Positions 57,242 to 64,000 of a stretch of DNA of 64,000 nt are shown here, piece after piece. The stretch spans positions 36,022,001 to 36,086,000 of the forward strand of contig NC_083241.1 in NCBI RefSeq assembly GCF_032191835.1, read 5' to 3'. This DNA is from Heteronotia binoei (Eukaryota). The position numbers and the translations under genes were made by a program. How positions within the stretch are numbered: position 1 is the first letter of the stretch; the number at the start of each line of letters is the position of its first letter. The notes below the pieces were generated by a model. It saw only the letters and a program-made list of their open reading frames with translations, ran no database searches and was not told the origin of the DNA.

Positions 57242-59832
57242 GTGAGTAGCAGGCTTTTCTTTTTCCTGAAACTTTTGGTCAAATTTAGATGTGATGTTCA
57301 GGCTCACAGGGTGGGTTGGGGGCTCTAGGTTTGTCATAGAAATACCCTATAGAATATATGACTTGTGCGCTGTTCAGAATGTAGGGAGTCCCTGGGGTCC
57401 TGTAGATCGATTTCCAAGGCCAAAGTAATGTTATCTGCCGCTTCCCTCTGCCTGCTCCCTTTCATGTGTGCATTAGTATGTTTTCCATGTGGCACAGGCA
57501 TGGAGCTCTTAACGGATCTTTCTTTAACAGGATGTAGTCTGTGCACCGAGAGAGCGTGAGTTGTTTGTAAAGGATAATGCCAATGTTTGGGTTTGAAAGC
57601 CCAAGACCAAACCCAACCAAGGCTGTTGTTAGGGAAATGGGTACAGGGAGGTGTCAAACCAATGGCGTTCGGCCTTTCGTATCTTAACAGTCCAACAAAA
57701 CTCTGTGAAAGACCCTGGGTCCCACTGCGCTAGAAACCAGGCTTGCCAAATTTCTTGCCATGACACAGATGCAGCAGTGTCACTTATGGTTCCCCCACCA
57801 ACGACACTCTAGGAATTCCCCCAATTTCTATGGCCTTTACCATAGAGATGGGGAGGATTCTTGAAGCGTCACACCACTGTTCCCACCTCAGCTTTGTTAC
57901 AGCTGTCATTTCGGAAAGCCTTAAAACTGGCTTTAAAATTGAAAAATGATATCTCTATACATAATTTGGGTGGGCGGTTCTTGTTTGCAAAGGCAGCTCT
58001 TCAGGCTGCAGTTTAAAGACACAGAAGCAGTTCTTCATAACATCAGAGAAGCCGTGTTGGATCAGGTCAGTGGCCCATCCAGTCCAACACTCTATGTTAC
58101 ACAGGTGCCCATCAGAAGGTCCATCAGTGGCTCCAGAAGCTCCTCCCACTTTCCCCCCTCCCCTTCCAGGGACCAAGTTGCTATGGGTTACTACTCTTTG
58201 GAATGACTGTATGTTACGAGTTCCCATTTATCCAGACTGCTGTTTTATCTTTTAACATGCTTGTTTTCCAAAATGTTTGAACCTGTAGCATATTGGAGAT
58301 TTCCTTATAGTCGTGTCTGGTGTAAGAAACGCTGAAAAAACAAACATGAGTAAATAAAGGGGGCAGGGGAAACCCAACCAGGACTGATTTAAAGCAGATT
58401 TTAATCTTCTGTGTCAGAAATTAGGAATGATCTAGACTCTTGTATTGTGCGCTGTCTCTATTTTTCCCAGCATGCAGAGTGTTCCGTTAGCTGTTTATTG
58501 CAATATGTGCCCAACATGATTTAGATGGTAATGCTTAGAACTGCAGTTAGTGTTTAAATGAATAAGAATTTCTTTACCATTGACTGTTACTGTTGCCCGT
58601 CTGGGAATAATATCATACCTGAAATAATGCCATATCTGAAAATCTGTTGCTATATCCGGGCATTTAGCACCAGGTACATGGACCAATTTCCTTGCTTTTG
58701 TTTCCCTCAAGCTCCCCTCCTCCCCCCCCCCCCCCTTCGCAAACTCACATTTAAGCCTAGTGTGTGCCACAATTGTTTTCTGCAGCCAGGACTGAGTGGT
58801 GTGAAAATGCCCCCAGGGCAGAGAGCAGCTTCACGTTGTTAAAGGGTCGAGTGGTTTCCTGTGGTGGTGGTGGTAGGGGCGGGGGCTAAAGGAGATGGTT
58901 TTGCTGGTCATGGGATCATAACATTAGAGCCCCCCTTCGCATCTTTTTTGTTGCCAGTAGAACTGAATGGAATGAATAGTAAAGCCATAGGTTCTGGTGA
59001 CTCCTAGGTAACCATGTACATGATAAAAACAAGTGAGAGAAAAGGGGAAACATTTGCACTTAATGAATATGGTAATGAGATACTTTATAATGAGACCAGA
59101 CCAAATGTGTAGTTTCACTTGAACTTGTCTATCAGAGTATTTGTTGGACATATTCTACTGAATTCCAAAGTTAGCACTTCCTGTCTGCCTTAAAGAACAG
59201 GTGTGATACTGCAGTGTTTCTTTGAGGGTCATTAATACACTGGCTCCCAACCATTTTGGTATGGTGACCCACAAGTCCAAATTTACTTGGTATGGTGACA
59301 CATCCAAGGCTAGCCCAGGTTTTTTGGCAGTCTTGGCAAACTGTGACTTTGGCACCCATCTAGTTCAGCATTTCACGTTCTGCACTGGTTAACTTGATGT
59401 TTTTGAGAAACCAGGAACATCTCACAAATTGTGCATTGCTCCCACTGTGAACCCCAAACTAGTAGCATTCCAGCATACACATCCTTTGCATATGGAGGTG
59501 ACATTTCACCCTTCGACCACCGTCTCCTTCTATTGCACCCTCTAATCCCCACCAGAAATCTAAGAAACTCACTCTAGTAACCATCAAGATACATGTTACT
59601 GGACCAAAATGTATATACAGTGAAGGAAAAAACCCTAATACGTGACATATGTTTCCAGGATCAGCTCTTAGTTTCCAGGATACAAAAGAGAGTAATAGAA
59701 TGGATATTAGGGAGGTCTGACCCAGGACACACTTTGAGAGGTTTTGTGATCCACTTTTGGCTCCCAACGCACAGCTTGGGAAACACAAATACATCAAACA
59801 CCATCAACTGTACATGTACCAGCCTTTGTTAA

Positions 59833-60150
59833 GAGAATATAAGAATATAAGAGAAGCCATGTTGGATCAGGCCAGTAGCCCATCTAACACTCTGTGTCAC
59901 AGTGGCCAGAACCCAGGGGCCATCAGGAGGTCCACAGTGGGGTCAGAACTCCAGAATTCCTCCTACTGTTGCCCCCCCAAGCACCAAGAATACAGAGCAT
60001 TTCTGTCCCAGACATAATGTTCCTTCTATAACTTGTGGTTAATAGCCACTGATGGACCTCTGCTCTGTGTATATCTCCAATCCCCTCTTGAAGCTGTCTA
60101 TGTTTGTAGCCACCACCACTTCCTGTAGCTGTAAATTCCATGTGTGAATT
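59833..60150 (-). mobile_element. CR1-clade LINE 3' end
   Basis: Reverse complement of a (TTCTTATG)n-type tail followed by GCCATGTTGGATCAGGCC. Other copies at 29695-29960, 31905-31975, 34690-34885, 53987-54225, 58035-58200 and 62265-62510. Confidence 0.75.
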
Positions 60151-62900
60151 ACAATTTGGGTGTTCACATGCTGTGCCAAAGCAGTGACAACACCCAGCTG
60201 TCTACATACATTTTCTCATGATCTGTGCAGAGTTCTAGACATACATTTGTGTTCTGTTCTTGCATCTGTTCATAGTAACGCCATAGGTTCTGGTCACTCC
60301 CTGGTTCCAGGTGACCAAGTACATGGTAAAAACTGGTGACCCTGGAAGCCGATCCCCATTTAAATTTGGGGATACGTGGTAGAACACACAGGTGCACAAA
60401 TGCATACGCAGCTGGCTCTTGCTTGCTAGATAGGGGTAGAAAAGTTCAGATCATGAAAGTTTTGTGAAAATCCACCATCTTTTATGCTTACGTGAAGTTG
60501 GAAAAGGGCTCTTTAAACAGATGAGACTCTGAGGTATCTGCAGTATGGCTAGCTTATCTTTCAGGCTCAGAAATAACTTCAGGTCAATCTGCTTTTTTGC
60601 AGATCCCTTTTGGGGGGGTTTCCAAAGAATGGGAAATTTTCTGTGCCGTTCTAAGCAAAGTTACTCCTTGACTTAGCTTTGTCTAGAATGGCACCGTTAG
60701 TGTGTTGTGAAGTATATGTCAAATACACTGTGCTTCTACCCCCCCCCCCTGCTACATTTTAAAGCAAGTATTCATAAATACACTAGCTGTCATTGGGGCT
60801 GAAATTTAAAAACGGCCTCTGTGCAAAGGCATTGAACTTGCGATATATACACAAAATATTTTGTTAAAATAATTCAGTTATACCCTAGCAACAAATGATT
60901 TTAAAAATATGAAACGGTAAGAATGACTTTGAGCTCTCCTAGGTGAACCTGTATCAGGAAGAAGCTCTGTTTTCTTTCCTGGCTCGCTTCGTGCCTTTCA
61001 GAAAAACTCAAGATTTGCACAGACCGAAACCGTGCGAAGGACTGAAGCAGTCGGTTCTTTTTAATTAGGAGGCTTTTAGAAAGGGTTTTCTTGCATAGTT
61101 GATTTTTAATTAATCGTGCCTCTGCTCTTTGGTACGCCTAACAACATCCTAGCAGGGAAGAACAAACCTCTAGGTCCTGGAATCTGTTTATAACTTTTTG
61201 GCATTGTGTATGTCTTTGCGTGAACCACTAGTGGGCAGCCAGGCAATAGCTCATTCCTGGATTTCTTCCAGTGTAATGGTTAGATGGCTTCCATGCAGCG
61301 TTTGCCCTATTGCTTGATCAATCACAATGTTACAGAAAGGGTACAGCTTAGCTGGGGGTGGGGGGTGGGAAGAGATTGTGCTCTTAAGGGACCAGGGACT
61401 ATGAACAAGAATTCTGGGTTGTTGTTTTTTAAAGGTGTCATTAAACTTTAATTGAGGTACTTCTATCTGTTGAGTTTCCTATTCAGTCTAAATGGTTAAT
61501 ATGTTTTCAGCAAAAGCCTGGTGCTTTGAAGGGCTGCCAATGTCTAAGGAGAGCCTGGAGTTCTGGAATTACAACTGTTCTTTAGACTACAGAGATTGGT
61601 TCCCTTGAAGAAAAATGGCTGCTCTGGAGGGTGGACTCTAATGTGGCATTATACCCCACTAAGGTCCGTTCCCCAAACCCTTCCCTTCCCAGGCTTCATA
61701 TCCCCCCCAAAAAATCTCCAGGAATTTCTCAAACCAGAGCTATAGGAGGAGGAAGGAGGAAAAAGGGGAGGGGTGGAAGAGACAACATCTGTTCAAACTT
61801 GCTCCTAAGCTGTTTTGTCTCACGGGAGCTTATCATTATATAGCAAGAGTCAGATGTGTTTTCCATCACCTGCTTGTGTTGGCAGCTAGAAGCTTACGGA
61901 TGTGACTTTCACACATTGCAAAAGTCAGACCAGTGCTCATCTCCCGAGGGGCCCTTTGCACTGTGTAAAAACACACTAGTGAATCTGGTGGGTGGTAAGC
62001 AATATGCTTTTTTTAAAAAAAGGAAAACCCCAAGATTACTGTGTTCACCCACATCAGTGATGTGTGTATTCTCCAGGACTAAAAAAATACATTAGTCTGG
62101 AGACTGACTTTTTAAAAAAAATCCAAAAGCAATGTTGTCCCAGAACAAACTGATAAAGCAAGGTTCTGCCCAGCGCAGACATAATTTTGACACCCCTGCA
62201 AGCCACAGCTTGGGGCCTACCTTAGGTAAACTCCCTGTTCCATGCCACTGTGCATAATAACACAAGAAAAGCCCTTCTGGATCAGGCCAGTGGTCCATCT
62301 AGTCCAGCATCCTGTCTCACCAGTTCCTCTGGAGGTCCAACAACAGGGCAGAGAGAGGCAAAGCCCTTCCCCTGATATCACCTCCTGACTCTGGGATTCA
62401 AATGCTTAGTGCATCTGAATGTGGAGGTTCCTTTTTGTCGCCATGGCTAGTAGCCACCAACATGCTTATCCTCCATGAATCTGTCTAATGCCTTTCTTAA
62501 AGTAAGTACAAAGTCTTTCTCCTCTCAAAGTCTTAAACTTGGCTTTGCATTATGTACGCAGCAGCGCTAACTACGATTGCTGCTAATCGGGGTTCTTCAC
62601 CAGGTTTTAAGGCAGGGATTGGAGTAGGCTTGCAAACCCTAGTTTAAGAAGCCAGGATAGTGTAGTGATTGAAGTGTTGGGCTAAGACGTGGGAAATCCA
62701 GGCTTGAATCCCTGTTCTGCCATGGAAGCTTGCTGAGTGACCTTGGGCCACTCACATGCTCTCAGCCTCACCTTCCCCACAGGGTGGTGTGAGGATAAAA
62801 TGGAGGTGAGGAGGTAAGTGCTTCGGGACTGCATTGGAGAGAAAGATGGGATATAAATAAAGTAAATAAATGATAAGGAACTGGGCTAGCCACAGATGTG

Positions 62901-63177
62901 GAGGAGGAGGAGGAGATTGGATTTATACCCCACCCTTCACTCAAAGTGTCAGAGCAGCTTACAATCTCCTTCCCTTCCTCTCCCCACAACAGACACCCTG
63001 TGAGGCTAGCGGGGGTGAGAGAGCTCTGACAGAAACTGCTCTTGAGAGAATAGCTCTGCTGAGAACTTGTGACTGACCCAAGGTAACACCAGCAGCTGCA
63101 TGTGGAGGGACAGGGAATCAAACCTAGTTCTCTCATATTAGAATCCACACACTAAGCCACTAATACCAAACTGGCTC
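62901..63177 (-). mobile_element. Squam3-like SINE
   Basis: Colinear with 6578-6862, more diverged. Confidence 0.8.
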
Positions 63178-64000
63178 CCGGTAATGCAGTACTTCAGGAA
63201 AAGGTGGGATGAAGAAGAGAAATTCATGCTGGGGAGAGGAGGGTGGGGCAGCTGAGGCTGGCTCTCAGATGGAAGCGAGTAAGTCTGTATTTGGTCTAAA
63301 TGGGTGGTTTTTCTCCCAGTTTGCTTCCCAGTAGCTTTGATTCCCCAGTCCTCCACTAGCAGCCAACTGGGTGATCTTGGGTCAATTACATTTCTTTCAG
63401 AGCTGTTTTCTCAAGAGCAGTTCTCTCAGGGAAGGAGCTTGTAAACTGCTCTGAGACTTTGAGTGAAGGGTGGGGTAAAAATCCAGTCTCCTCCTCCTTT
63501 TTTCTGTAAACAAATGAATCCCATGTATATATTTCTAAGTTGGTACTAACAGTTTGCTACTTACATGGTTGTATCTGTATTGAGTAGGGACTCCTTTCAA
63601 GTTTACTCAAAAGAAATTGCACTGAAATGGATCAGATAAAGCTTTTGCATGGTTTGAAACTTTAGAATATGAAAATAGAACAAACATTTTACTTTCCTGT
63701 AAAAATAGCCAGTTTTTAATTTTGCTTACTGATGTAAGATTGCAAAAATACATCTAGAACAAGGAGCTTGGAAGATTTGCAAAATAAAAGCCCATCTCAC
63801 AATGTTCACATTCTGATTTGGTGGTTTGCCAGTAGCTTGTGATTCACTGCCGAATGACTCGCCGCCAAGGGCGAAGGCCGGATATTCCCCATCAACCGTA
63901 TGGATCCTCTCCGGAGGCTGCCAGTTAAAGGAAGACATTCGGCTGAATATATTTTGTCCAATTTTTTTTTCCAAATCATTCCCCTCCATTTCATGTTTGG

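Noticed and set aside
63780-63990. Next TMEM266 exon (FSSAFQFAGVIHWIS...)
   Set aside because: Only a chance GTGATTCACTG match; no frame gives the expected peptide.

Overview
Vertebrate genomic DNA from a squamate reptile, most likely a gecko (inferred from the SINE families), with two N-gaps. The only host gene I can support is TMEM266 (voltage-sensor-domain protein) on the + strand. Three exons splice in frame: 27984-28081 (ATG at 28068), 30737-30925 and 57087-57241. The rest is intronic or upstream DNA dense with mobile elements. The main ones are two full-length, divergent DIRS1-like tyrosine-recombinase retrotransposons (16620-22584 and 42509-48701). Both have inverted terminal repeats, an internal complementary region (ICR), gag, RT/RNaseH/methyltransferase and YR frames. 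Also present are L2, L1, RTE, CR1 and Penelope fragments, hAT MITEs (several with perfect 8-bp target-site duplications), and four SINE families: Squam3-like, another tRNA-headed family, Sauria SINE and a 5S-rRNA-headed family. The most notable signal is in the two DIRS copies. They share an identical 17-nt motif at the gag stop (AAGCAGGGC-CTT-TGA-CT). A +1 slip at that site enters the ATG-less pol frame, while read-through would enter a ~2.9-kb frame that overlaps pol and ends in the recombinase. This suggests one UGA acts as a three-way translational switch. That is a hypothesis from two copies, not a demonstrated mechanism. All protein and family assignments are by eye or from memory; no database search was run.
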